A stretch of 64,000 nt of DNA from Octopus vulgaris (taxonomy: Eukaryota). Shown piece after piece: positions 11,651 to 24,412 of the stretch (the first letter of the stretch is position 1; each line of letters opens with the position of its first letter). The position numbers were made by a program, and so were the translations under genes. The DNA is taken from contig OX597815.1 of the NCBI GenBank assembly GCA_951406725.2, positions 176,514,001 through 176,578,000 of the forward strand. Direction: 5' to 3'. A model generated the notes under the pieces. The model ran no database searches. It had not been told where the DNA came from and was given only the letters and a program-made list of their open reading frames with translations.

Positions 11651-12799
11651 GGTATTTTCACATACAGCCGCATACCGCAGACATCATACTGGCCTTGTCG
11701 TTTAGGACCAACTCTCACTAAATATCCTTTAATATGGAAGACCATTATTACTGTGGTAGACGGAGTTGATCAATAAGTATCCTGACTGTTGCCATAGTAA
11801 CGAAGCTAAAGCACGCTGAGTGAAGCAGCTTGACACAGATTGATCTCGTACTCTGCTGTACATGCGCAATACGTTTTAACATTCTACCTCACGTCCGCTG
11901 TTTATAGGGTGTGAAAAACGTGCAGAAATGCTATAATCATGTAAAAGCAGAACATAAAAATGATGTCGCCAATGAAACGAAGTTTGGTGGGCAATTCTGC
12001 TATTGTCGTTGAACAGAGCTTCTGAGACAATTATAGAGTGGGGACGAGACCAAAAACACGAAGGAAACACAATGGTAGAGAAAAAAAGGGCTCGTGAATA
12101 AGACGTAATGAATGGAAACTTATGTCTACTTGAGATGAAATTAAATTAAGCGAAACATTATTGGTTTCTGATTAAATGCTGACACGATGTCCTTTAACAG
12201 ATACTAAAGAATAGTAAAGTGATCGATAAATGAAAAAGTTAACAGAGAAAGTTATGACTTCATCCGAAGTAATAATTGCCAAACATGAAACTAAATGAGG
12301 AGTCAGACAGAAATAACAAATTAGAAAGTAAGAAAGTTGAAGAGAGGAACGAAATAAAGAGGGGTCGAAGAAAGAAGGGAGAGAATCATGGAGTGGAAGA
12401 TTAATAGCAGTTATGAGAAATGAAATACAACGCTGGAAGAAATTTAGCTGTGCGCATCGATAATCATAAATACAAGGAATGCACATTAACGTTTCTGTTG
12501 CATTTAGCATTGCAATTGTCATTATTCTCTAAATATTATCAAAAGGAAGCATTTAACCCTAAAATGAAGGCGAGCATCGTGAGTATAGCAAAGCTGGAGC
12601 TTTTTTCAATACGTCATATACATACAGAATGATGTATTTAGGAGACACTGATAAAGGCCCAGTAAAATGGATGTTTGTTTATTTTTTAATTGCGTTTAGA
12701 AACGAGAAGTGATTGAAGATCTTGTGTTCATGAAGTTGCATAAATCTCTTTCATACATAATAGAGAGAATTGGTTAGTTCATTGAAATACATTGATCTC

Positions 12800-12998
12800 A
12801 AATTTCGGCACATGACCAGCAATTATGAGGAGGATTACAGCAGCCCCAGTGTTCTCGTGGTACCTATTTTATCTAGCCCGAAAGGATGAAAGGCAAAACT
12901 GATCTCAGCGGTATTTGAACTCAGAACGTAAAGACGGACGAAATGCCGCTGATCATTTTGCCCGAGGTGCTAACGATTCTACCAGCTCGGCCGTCTTA
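12800..12998 (-). mobile_element. tRNA-derived SINE, family 2 (Meta-domain-like)
   Basis: Minus strand GAGCTGGTAGAATCGTTAGCA..GAGTTCAAAT..GCCTTTCATCCTTTCGGG..ATAAAATAGGTACCA. Homologous to the copies at 43490, 55325 and 61545. Confidence 0.8.
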
Positions 12999-15494
12999 GC
13001 TTATTGAAATATATTGAGACACATATATGGTTACAACTAATCTATATGAAATTAATGTATATATGACCTCCGTAAATATCTCCAAACTTGAATTAAAATA
13101 ATATTTTGGATTCAAGAACTACATTTAATCAGTATGTTTATCAGATTAATTTGAACGGGGAACATAAAAGCACAACCCGCATAAATTTCATATTCAGAAG
13201 TGAATATCGAATGTGTGTGGCGTATTAGAATAAGAAAGGGTGTGACATTGACAAGAATGGTCTTTTAAAAACGTCGCTGCTTGTTTATGAGGAGAATATT
13301 ATTGAAAGGGCTATCAGAAACCAAGATTTCATTGGAGAGATAGCCCGTGAACATCATAACCAAAGAAATTTGGTAACATCAGTATTGATTAATAACTGAA
13401 CCCAATCATCCAGATATATTTAGAATTTTTGTCTTGTCGGTTCCAAAATTAAATATTGATTTTTAAGTAACTTGATTATTGATATCTGTGTTATAAGATG
13501 AGATAGATACTGACAAAGTAAAGCCAGCAGTAAACTAATATTGTTTGTATTCAACTAAAACTCGTATAAACACTTTTTAATAAAGACTGGGAAAATATAA
13601 TTAATTTACTGATAGGTCCTGCGTTCTTCGAATCTATTGAACCCAAGTGATAAGTTCGGAACATGGACATTCGGAGAAGTTTATATTTTAATCCAATATC
13701 TGGAAAACCAGTTTCCAGAAATATGCTAGATGTGAGAAGCGTATAGGTTATTGTGATGGTAGACTGAGTGAATCGTATTGACGACGTTCAGGAAATATAC
13801 AGTGTAAAAGGAGTCAAATAAATAATTCACGTGGCGAACGCAAAAGATCGAGAATACAAACAGAAACGTATCCTTCTGTTCTCAATAGCTTCTGGCAGAT
13901 TCGAAGCGGAATGTTTGATTGTTGTTTTTCAACATCGGAGAACAACTCCTCTCTTTATACGATGTGTGCTTATACTTCACGGGTTTCATGGATTTCATCG
14001 TGCAATGTTACCTCACCGGACTTATGAGCGTACAAGTTCCTGTTTATAGGAATCATTAAATAAATCAGTTGCTGATGTGTATTGAAGTCTGTCAGACAGA
14101 AAGCAAGCCGTGGGATGCACGCACAACAGCAGGGCACGAAGTAATGATACATGTCTTCACTTCCAGAATGTTCTTCCATATTTCAACTTGAACATTTGAT
14201 TGCTGTCGTTTTTTTTTTGTCTTTGACATTAAAGAATATATCTTCCATTTAAAAGATGTGTGTTCATAACACACGCGATGGTTTGTAACTAATCCCAGAC
14301 GCTGCACTGCAACAGTCATCGGGTCACTTTAAACAGATGCAACTATATTCAGAAGCAAGTTACTACCAAATGCTGTACTTTCGCATTTTATAAGAGAGCC
14401 CAAGTTAGCAATGCTGAACTGCTGTAACAGGGCATGGAAGGCATAAAAGAATTGCAAGCAATTGTTATTCATTCCTTAAAGACCTAAAGTCTACATACTC
14501 TTCATGCTCTTTGATACAATAAGAAAACTTTACTGCTATTTCACCGGAATTCTTTCTACTCGAGAATAAAACTTTCAATTATTTTCTTCTCCAACAACCC
14601 GGAAAGGCGTTCAAGTACACTCCATCAGCGAAATTAATACTTTCTAAGATTAATAAGTTTAGTCCGAGAAATACAACTATTTTGCTAATACTCCTGAAAT
14701 CCTGATTTGAAGTACATTAGACTTGCACTTTCCAATCACTGAGCTAGATTTTATTCGAAAGCTGAAAAAATTAGAAAACGTTTTCTATTCGATATATCAT
14801 AATTTATAACACGACAAGGCAGATGTAATCAAATAGACAGTAAAAAATGAAAACAAATAATAAACCATAGTAAACCAGTAAAGAAACATAGTAAACGAGA
14901 ATCTATAAATAAGATTTCCAAAGCCCATCACATATCATGTCTTTGAATTGTGGGAGTTCGGCCTTCAAAACCTCACAATTTCAATAATTTTGAAAGATTA
15001 AGGAATTTCGTCAGTCACAAATCTGATACCTTTCAACGGTATTTGTATGTGCCAGGTTTTGAAATATGTCATCGGTTGTGTTGCATTGCATCACATTATA
15101 AGGAGTCCATCTTTACGTATGTTAGCACAACCATCTCAAGAACTGGATCAACGAAACTAAACAAACGCCATTGAAGATGGCGCAGTAGTATAACGAACCA
15201 CGTGATGACTTAAACATTGATAAACCGAAACACCAAAACACGAAATAAAAAAAAAGACATCTCAAAAGCACTAACACTTATTATTGCGATCTCTAGGATT
15301 TATTTATAGAAAGAAAAAATAATGCTAAACAAGTTTCGGTAACTTATTGCACTACATACTATTTCTTCGTTTTTTTTTAACAAAGGGAAATTATTATAGA
15401 GGCGGAACATACGCATGAAAATGATTGCACAATAATACAATAAACAATGCCCCACACTAACATACTCCCACCCAACATATATATAAGTATGTAT

Positions 15495-15532
<38 letters not shown>

Positions 15533-15891
15533 CTATATATATATATATGTACAATATACATACACATGTGTGGATGTGAGTGTATGTGTACGTGTATACT
15601 TATCTATCTATCTATCTATCTATATTTGTCATGACCTATGTTTTATGATAGTGAATTTTTTGAACATATTTGTATTTTCAGGATGCTGAGGAGAAGGTAG
15701 TACTTGCTCTTCGATTTCTATCTACTTTTTTTTTGCAGACAACTTCAAACATAACTTTATCGGACCCCATAAAATGCTCTTATACACATTATTTCGTTCT
15801 TTTTAGAAAATTGTTAACGTGTTATGAGATTTCATTCTTTATTTCTTGTTAATTTCTTTCATTCTTATTGTCTTTGATCTAATATCCATTT

Positions 15892-15931
<40 letters not shown>

Positions 15932-17149
15932 AGTTATTTGTACTTAGATTTTATCCCCTTCTCTTCAACTATATTATCTGATTAGAGGTAGTGATATTTA
16001 ACGTTGTCATACATCGCTTGACTTATGTGTCGTACATCAAAGAACCATATTTTCTTATTCCACCTTTGATGCCGATGCGTGTAGAATATTCTTTCAATAC
16101 TGCAGTATCCAATTTGTAATTTACTATCATCTGCCACGAGAGAATTTTTTTCCCGATGAAGGGATCGTTGACTTTTCTATGAGAATTTCCACAGAAGACG
16201 GTATCAACCACTACTAATTGAATCAGTTTCTTGCATCAGCTGTGAACAAAAACTTTAGATAAAGTTTTAATGATGAATCTCTCGATTTATTCGAGTAGGT
16301 AGATTTACGTGTCGTAGAACGCGCTGTTGTATTTGACATCTGTCTTGCCATAAACATCATTATAATATTCTCGAGTTATAGTTCTAGTTTACAGACGAAT
16401 GGGTCAATAGTTATAGGTTGCATTTTAGCTGCGTGCTTTTTCATTCATAAATTTATAATTCAACATTTATGGCAGACTCCATTTAATTGATAGCAATGGG
16501 CCATTCTATAAATCATGTGATTTCACAATAATACGCTTAAATTCTTTTTTGAACTTGTGGAACTTCTGTAGTATAAATTCTTTAAATGGCCACACAAATA
16601 TTTCTGAATTGTCTTGGCAAACACTCTTAGTACCCGTCTAGTCTATCACAATTATATCTTCTCAAGAAGTTAATAAGACAGACTTGTGAATTGGGCTAGT
16701 TTTATCATATTATTTTCTGGTCTATAATGTGATTTGAAAGAAAAACAATGGAGAGCAAACATACCATATAATGGTAAGGTACTGAACGAAATAAAATCAC
16801 TTGATTATTATCCCATAAGTACGTGTTGAAGTGTTTCCCGGATAAATGTACCATCGAACAGAAAACAGTGTTTTGTAGCTGAATGTGAAACAATTGGCTT
16901 TTTTAGGAAGGGAATTGTGATGGTTAATGTCTGCTTAGAAGCCTGATAAGAGTCTAAAGGATACTCTAGACAGCTACCGTTCTTTCACTGTGATTGCTAG
17001 AGGAGCGGTTAAGTAACAAGGAAGCAATGTTTATTTTTTTAAGTAAACGTTCGCGAATCAAAGGAATTAATGTTTCTTGTGTTGATAGTTATCGCCTGCT
17101 CACACTTCGGAGGGCAGAGAAATCGTTGACAGTTTATCAAATACCTGTG

Positions 17150-17184
<35 letters not shown>

Positions 17185-17494
17185 TTGTGTGTGTCATTGT
17201 GGATGTGTTTATATGTGAGAAAGGGAGGGAGGTCGTGGAAACAGAGTGAAAGAATGATATGAAGAAAGAGAAAAATGAAAAAAAAAATCCCGATATTTTA
17301 CGGGGATATGAGTAGCAAACATTAAAACAGAAGTAATTAGGAAGGAATGCGTAACAGAGACGGAGCTTAACGAGAAACGGAAGAGGAAATGAAGTTCACA
17401 ATTGGAAAAGAAAATAACAAAAAGAGTTTGAGTTGAATGTTAATATATGGCTGATGTCATGCGTGTGATACGATAAAAGATTTGTGTAGAAATG

Positions 17495-17805
17495 CATTTG
17501 TGTATATGTTACTCCATAAGACTCCGTGTGTGTATGTATATGTGTGTGTGTGTGTGTGTATGTGTGTGTATGTATATGTGTGTATGTGTGTACATTTGTG
17601 TATTTGTTACTCCATAAGATTCTCTGTGTGTGTGTGTATACGTGTGTATGTGTGTATGTGTGTATACATATATATGTGTGTGTGTGTGTATATGTGTGTG
17701 TATGTGTGTATGTGTGTGTATGAGTGTACATTTGTGTATTTGTTACTCCATTAGAGTCTCTGTGTGTGTATTCTTGTGTGTATGTGTGTGTGTGTGTGTC
17801 TGTGT
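17495..17805. repeat. Complex (TG/TATG) satellite containing three copies of CATTTGTGTATxTGTTACTCCATxAGA
   Basis: Units at about 17495, 17592 and 17728. Confidence 0.8.
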
Positions 17806-17959
17806 GTTTATTTTATTGTAGCGACCACGAATGGATGAAATGCAGAGCTGATCTCAGCTCTATGCCAAATCAGAATGTAGAGAGCTCGAAGTAATAAAGT
17901 GATGCGCTTGCAAGTCTACAAATATAACGCCCTTACGATAATAATCATAATAGCAATAA

Positions 17960-19010
17960 TGAAGATGTGTGACAGCGAGCTGCCGGGAAGATAGATCAAA
18001 TCTGAAATAATCACGAAGCAGGAATTATAAGTCCGCAAAAACAATGACAGAAAATTGTTTTAATGTAAGCCATCTGAGGAAACCAAAAGATACTCAGCAG
18101 CTTTCGCAGATTGGACAAAACTATGATACCAATGCAGAGGAAATTAGCAAAGCTAGATAGAAGGAGTAGAAAGGAATTCCGTATGAATGGAGGAATTCAT
18201 CCAAGAGCAGGAGTAGCAAAATTATACTTACCTAGAAAAGGTGTAAGAGAGCTAATGTCTGTAGAAGACTGCGTGGAGTAAGCTAGAGTAGATATAGACT
18301 CTTATGTCGGTAATAGTGAAGAAAGTTTATTAAGAGCTGCTAGAATCACAAGATATAAGGAAACCAAAACCGAAGTTAAGGAGAGGCCAGGGTGGAAGAG
18401 GCTGAATAGCAGTTGACGAATGTGTACATGTGGAAGGAAAACGTCAGGTAGAGTATTTACAGAGAAGCGAAGAAAAATCTACTAAAGACAGTTAATAAAG
18501 TACAAGTGATGAAGCGTGTAATCGGAGAAAATGACAAGAGTGAAATACAAAGAGAGCACGTCAAATAGATTGAAAAGAAACCTCTGCTTGACCAATTTTG
18601 GAGGGCCACTGAAGACATATGTGGAACAAAATCTTGGGTTTGGTTAAAAATGGGGCAATTAAAAAAGAGAAACAAAGAGCCTAATAGGAGCAGCCCAAAT
18701 TGAAGCGATAAAAACATACGACTTGAGAAAAAATAAATGTGTCAGAGAAATGTAGAGCCTATGGAACTTGGAACGAGGCAGTGGCACACACTGTGGAAGA
18801 ATGTCCCAAGTTGTCACAGGAAGAATATAAGAAATGGAGGCATGAACAGCTTTAAAAAGTTTTTACACTAGAAACTGTGCTAGAAATGGGAATTTGAAGC
18901 TGGAAACACATGGTAGAATCATAGAGTCGAAAGAGACCTAGGGTCGCAGGAATGTAAGATTTTGTGGGACTTTCTTCGGTTTGACTCAAGGATATTAAAG
19001 AAAGAGCAAG
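17960..19010 (+). mobile_element. Degenerate Dong/R4-type element, 3' half
   Basis: LDRR..MNGGIHPRAGVAKLYLPRK, KKPL..QF, SWVWLKMGQLKKE, a C..CPKLSQEEYKKWRH zinc-knuckle/RHD remnant and KILWDF. Many stops. Confidence 0.75.
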
Positions 19011-19089
19011 AAAAACAAAGAAAATAAAATCTATTAAAATATTTTGAAGGAAAATGTCTACTAGAAATGTATCAAATAATGGTGTTAAT

Positions 19090-20000
19090 GAGACTGGAAC
19101 CAATGGCGAAGCCTTTCGCCCGTCAGTAGGCCTGTGGTTGAGCAGCGTACCCCGACCTGAGATTCATTTGAATCTCACGTCGGGGGTACTTAATCCTTGT
19201 CTTCTCTGATATATCTATCCGACGAAATCTCGAGGGTGAAACCGAAAAGATACATTCGGTTCTTGGGATATCCAGACGAGAAATGTAGCTGAAACTAACA
19301 AGATTATTTGACTGCAGACAGAGTTGGATACAAAAGGAAAGAACAAACAGAACGTAAAGAACCGTTCTCGTGAAGAGGAATTTGTGAGAAACAAAGTTAA
19401 AAAGACATTTAGGACAAGTTGATAGATTGGGAAGAAGGGAATTGCAGAACGAAAGCATAAGAATAAAGCTGGAAAGAACCTATGGAATAAGAAATAAAGC
19501 GTATGATGTGATATTGGAAGACTTGAAAGAAAGAATGGAAGCAATCAAAACAAAACTAGAAAGATATGACAGTAGGAATAAAAAAACAATTCAAGCAAAA
19601 CGGTTTGTTTGAAGCAAATCAGAAGAAACTGTTTCAGGAACTAGATAAGCAAATATAAATAACAATGATACCAGATGCAGAGGAAAGCAGGGCATTCTGG
19701 CGAGGGATCTGGGACCAACCTGTAGAGGATAATGATGAAGCGGAGTTGCAGCAAGATAGGTTTGAATATATATAAGTCCAAGAAGACATAAATATAACTA
19801 CAGAGATGATAAAAAGGCAGTTAAGAAAATTCCCAAATTGGAAGATCCCAGGACCGGATCGGGTCCAAGGGTATTGGATGAAGAAGCTGAGAGGGCTCCA
19901 TGAAAGGATAGCACAACAGCTAGATGAGTGATTGCAAGAAGTTACAGTATCCATCTGGATGACAAAGGGGAAGATGTGCCAAAGATGCTGAAAAGGGAAA
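19090..20000 (+). mobile_element. Degenerate Dong/R4-type element, 5'/pre-RT part
   Basis: [52 protein letters not shown]. Confidence 0.75.
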
Positions 20001-20006
20001 TGTTGC

Positions 20007-20007
<1 letters not shown>

Positions 20008-20037
<30 letters not shown>

Positions 20038-20300
20038 TGTATGTATGTATGTATGTATGTATGTATGTATGTATGTATGTATGTATGGATGGATGGATGG
20101 ATGGATGGATGCATGTATGTATGTATGTATGTATGTATGGATGGATGGATGGATGGATGGATGTATGGATGGATGTATGTATGTATGTATGTATGGATGG
20201 ATGGATGGATGGATGTGGATGGATGTATGTATGTATGGATGGATGGATGGATATATACACATATATATGCTTGTATGTATATATATATATATATATATAT
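20008..20300. repeat. (TATG)n/(GATG)n compound microsatellite
   Basis: Direct reading. Confidence 0.97.
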
Positions 20301-20959
20301 GCTAGTATGTATTTATGTATGTGTGTATGTATATATCTATCCATCTATTTGTGTGTGTGTGTGTATGCGTATGTGTATGTGTTGTTACACTTTTATATAA
20401 CGAAAATTAATAGAATATAAAATAAGAGAAACTTGAAAGATGACAATATTAGAAATGGTACAAGAGTAAATATATGTCAGATTAAAAATCAATAAAGACG
20501 TAAGTTAACCAGATGTGTGTGCATTAGTTTCATTCTAAAACGAAACTCCTTATTTTGGTTTACAGTTACCTGAGTGTACACGCAACACTTACACATAACT
20601 GTATGCATGTCTGTATACATTTATATATATGCGTGTGTATGTTTTTTTATTAGACATGACAAAACCATCGATATTTAAGATTAATACTTTCAGTTGGTCG
20701 TCCAACGAATGCAGTGATAATCCACACACCTGTCAAAAATGTGGAATTATCCACATAAGAAGGTTAACAGATAGAAACATTGTCTTGACTGTGCTGTACT
20801 ATACTTTCCAACCATGCCTTAATTCAGGACTGTAGTTCAGTGCTTTAATATATTCAACATAGGTAACCAAAGCTCACAAGGTGTGAGGAAGGTATGAATC
20901 CAAATAACAGTTATACTTCCATTGGTTATGATCCATGTTAGAGGTGTAACATAATTAAC

Positions 20960-21715
20960 TGACATTTATTGGGACTGTCTTAAAACATTGAATCCTTATT
21001 CTCTGCAGTGCCGCAATAAGCGCTACATCATTTGTCACCGTGACCGACCAGGCTATCAGATGTTGCTAAACATCGCTGGTCACAACATTTTAGCCTTCAA
21101 ATGACGCCACTGCGCTGGCTAAGCGGGTAGGCCAACAGAAGAAAGAGTGAGAGAAAGTCGTGGCGAAAGAGTACAGCAGGGATCACCACCTCCTGCCGGA
21201 GTCTCGTGGAACTTTAGGTGTTTTCACTCAATAAACACTCACAACACCCGGTCTGGGAATCGAAACCGCGATCCTGCGACCGCAAGTCCGCTGCCCTAAC
21301 TACTGGGCCATTACGCCTCCACATACATCATTTGTACAATGGGGAAATTATACCACCGGCATTGGCCAGACTACATTGACATTGGATGCAGAATTCATCT
21401 CAGGCTGGAGATGCGAGTCATACACGCTCGACACAATTCAGGATCACAATGCATAAAATTCGTTTCCTCAAAAGGTTCAGCTCCAGCATTATCGCAAAAC
21501 AAAAGAAGAATAAGAACCCATCATCTTCAAACGAAACCTGGACAAATTTCTTTAAATGATGCCAGACAGGGCACCTATAACTGGATGAATCACAGTCTTG
21601 AAAGGGCCACGATGCCACAGAACCTGACTTAAAAAGAAATTAGCAGATCCTTTCAATTGGTACTATTAATTCAGACGTGACCTGAGCCAATTTTTGGCCG
21701 AAACATATCTAAGTT
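20960..21715 (+). mobile_element. CR1/L2-group LINE 3' remnant interrupted by a SINE
   Basis: YWDCLKTLNPYSLQCRNKRYIIC|TMGK resembles YWERLK.L.LYSLQRRRERYII, followed by IFKRNLDKFL. The 3' UTR stem GCCAA..TTGGCCGAAAC parallels 3970-3990. Confidence 0.65.
21036..21323 (-). mobile_element. tRNA-derived SINE, family 4, with 12-bp TSD
   Basis: Minus-strand head GTGGAGGCGTAATGGCCCAGTAGTTAGGGCAGCGGACTTGCGGTCGCAGGATCGCGGTTTCGATTCCC. TSD TACATCATTTGT at 21024-21035 and 21324-21335. Confidence 0.88.
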
Positions 21716-21734
21716 ATGTAGATCTAATATTAGA

Positions 21735-21880
21735 GATTTCGTTAGCATGCCGGACAAAATGCTTACCGGCATTTCGTCGGTCCTTATGTTCTCAGTTCAA
21801 ATTCCGCTGATGTCGATATAATCGACTAGCTTTCTTCCCCAAATTTTCAGGCCTTGTGCCTTGAGAAGAAACGATTACTA
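21735..21880 (+). mobile_element. SINE family 2, internally deleted copy
   Basis: CGTTAGCATGCCGGACAAAATGCTT..GTTCAAATTCCGC..CAGGCCTTGTGCC. Confidence 0.65.
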
Positions 21881-21887
21881 CTATCAT

Positions 21888-22138
21888 TGTCCAACATTTT
21901 GTAGTTTCAGGCAAATTTCTACAGCAACACCTGCTGCACCTCTTTGTTGCAGAGATGTGTGCAACGTGGTGTGTTCTTTGTATGCAAGCTCTTCCCGATA
22001 TTGCATTGCGTCAGTTTCTTCTTTTTATGAGGTGTGCTGCAGTCTTTTGTTGTAATAGTGTTATTTTGTATTGTGTATGTAATGCGTTGGGTATTAAGAT
22101 TGCTGGTGGTAGTTTATTTCATTGGATATTTGCTTGGA
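21888..22138 (-). mobile_element. Dong 3' UTR fragment, same family as 8180-8443
   Basis: The reverse complement aligns with 8180-8443. Confidence 0.75.
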
Positions 22139-22221
22139 TTAAATACCAATGAATCACTAGGGTCTATGTAATTGCTTCCACCCCAAAATTGTGCTTTTTT
22201 AGTAGAAAGGATAATTATTCA

Positions 22222-22962
22222 GTTCTATATTTAAGAGATGAGGAATTATGTACATTATTTACATTTGATGGATACTTGTCCTCATCTTGTTTGTTGTTAA
22301 CACAACGTTTCGGCTGATATACCCTCCAGCCTTCTTCAGGGGAAATTTCGAACCTGGGTTCTCATTCCTAAGGTATTCTTCGATGTTATTGTTGTTAGGG
22401 TTTATAAATCTAATATTCTCCCATCCTTCCTCAATACTGGTTCCCATTTGCTGCTCATATCTGTACTCGGTCTGCTTAGGAGGTTGTTGTGTCCTAGCAT
22501 ATGTGCTGCTTCTTTTAGTTTTCGTATTTTCCAGTAGTGTTCTCTGTCTATTATTATGGTCTCCATTTTTCCATACATGATCAGCTATACCTGATTTATC
22601 AATATCCCTTCGTGTCACAGCTCAGCGATGTTCGTCTACCCTTATTTTGATGGGGCGGCATGTTTCGCCTTTGTATAACCTACCACAGCTGTATCGGATG
22701 GAGTACAAGCAGTATTTTGTCATATTCTCTTCTGTTGGTGGTTTTGCTCGAAGGAGATATTTGCGAAGTGTTGTATTACTCTTGAATACTGTCCTGATGT
22801 CATATGGGCCGCATATCTTTTGTATCTTTTCGGAGAGGCCTTTCACATAGGGTAGACAGACTCATAATTGGAGTGGATAGTATACTTTTGGGGTAGTTGT
22901 TGCTTAACAGATCGTTATTGAGCTTGATTATTTCTTCGTGGTGATACTTTAAAATCGTGGTG

Positions 22963-23042
<80 letters not shown>

Positions 23043-23312
23043 GTAATAATAATAATAATAATGATTTCAATAATAATAATTTGCCCTAGGAGTCGGGAAG
23101 ACGCTCGGCAAGAAATGGAAGCAAATTTGAAAGAAGAAGAAAAAATAATAATAATAATAATAACAACAACATCGGAAAATACCTTAGGAATGAGAACCCA
23201 GGTTCGAAATTTCCCCAAGACACATGAAGAAGGCTGGAGGGCATATTAGCCGAAACGTTGTGTTAACAACAAACAAGAAGAGGACAAATATCCGTCGAAT
23301 GTAAAAAGTGTA
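22222..23312 (-). mobile_element. 5'-truncated Penelope/Poseidon-type element: GIY-YIG endonuclease end, 3' pLTR (22222-22390) and inverted pLTR copy (23165-23312)
   Basis: LPYVKGLSEKIQKIC..LYSIRYSCGRLYKGETCRPIKIRVDEHR..KSGIADHVW..KEA. 22260-22390 and 23165-23310 are inverted copies, each with a hammerhead-like core. Confidence 0.88.
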
Positions 23313-23316
23313 AGGA

Positions 23317-23418
23317 TTCTTCTTCTTCTTCTTCTTCTTCTTCTTCTTCTTCTTCTTCTTCTTCTTCTTCTTCTTCTTCTTCTTCTTGTTCTTCTTCTTC
23401 TTCGTCTTCTTCTTGTTC

Positions 23419-23471
<53 letters not shown>

Positions 23472-23530
23472 TATTATTATTATTATTGTTATTGTTATTA
23501 TTATTATTATTGTTGTTGTTGTTGTTGTTT
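23317..23530. repeat. (TTC)n/(AAT)n/(TTA)n/(TTG)n compound microsatellite
   Basis: Direct reading. Confidence 0.95.
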
Positions 23531-24240
23531 TACTTCACAGAACGTTCAGTCTTGTTTATTCTGATATATTCTGTGAGACCGGACAGCACCCTGCTGTCAG
23601 AGGTCTTACAGGGTCTCTTTCCGCACATTATCAGCTTTGATACTTGGTTGTCAATTATTGTGGGAGTCATTCAACATCCAAGTATCAATCTCAAAATCCT
23701 AGCTGTGCCAAGCAGAGCAGTTGTGGGGGCTTGGTCTGCTCTCATATATATCCTGTCAATTAAGCTTGATCTCTCTGTGTCTATTGGCATATCCCAGAGA
23801 ATGGTTGCTTTGTCATTTTCTGAGACCTATGCCTTACCATCTTTTTCTGTTGTCCTTACTGTGTTGGCATAGCTTCGTGTGTATATGAGTCCCATCTTTG
23901 TCATGTCTGTGGATATATTGCTTTTTATCCAGCACTGGGCAGCCAGAGACAATATGTTGTATTGTTTCTTCCTCATCCCCTTATATTCTGCAGTCCGTCG
24001 TATTTTTTCTTTATCATGTGCTACTGGTGATTTCTAGTGGGGAGGTTTTAATCTTGTGTCGCAAATAAAAATCCTTCAGTCTCTACTTTGAGTCCCGAGC
24101 TTCTCAACCACTATTGCGATTATACTTTCTCTATTTCCTTTCTGTTTAGTTTATCCCAATACTCGTCATGGAAGCCTTTAGGAGCCATTGTTTTATCTTG
24201 GTATTTCGTTGTTCCAGTTTTAGTTTACTGCGTGTCGCTT
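23530..24240 (-). mobile_element. Degenerate Dong/R4-type 3' fragment
   Basis: Minus strand WLRSSGLKVETEG, APSLKTSPLEIT-like region, HIVSGCP, KVSENDKATILWDMPI, ALLGTARILR. The UTR matches 60060-60180. Confidence 0.8.
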
Positions 24241-24318
24241 GCTCTATTTCTTCGTAGTTATTAGGTACTATGACTTCCTCCTACTCTTCCTCCCCTCCCC
24301 CTTCTCCCTCCTCCATCA

Positions 24319-24412
24319 TTTCTTCTTCTTCTTCTTCTTCTTCTTCTTCTTCTTCTTCTTCTTCTTCTTCTTCTTCTTCTTCTTCTTCTTCTTCTTCTTC
24401 TTTTTCTTCTTC
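24319..24412. repeat. (TTC)n microsatellite
   Basis: Direct reading. Confidence 0.97.

Noticed and set aside
11758-11880. Possible mariner-like 5' end (similar hint at 36587-36720)
   Set aside because: No partner TIR or transposase sequence nearby.
13830-14700. Possible host exons or hAT remnant
   Set aside because: No recognisable domain or consistent splice/ORF structure.
21670-21712. GCCAA..TTGGCC-GAAACAT as a hammerhead (also 3965-3990)
   Set aside because: There is no CUGANGA core, and the position matches the LINE 3' UTR stem-loop.
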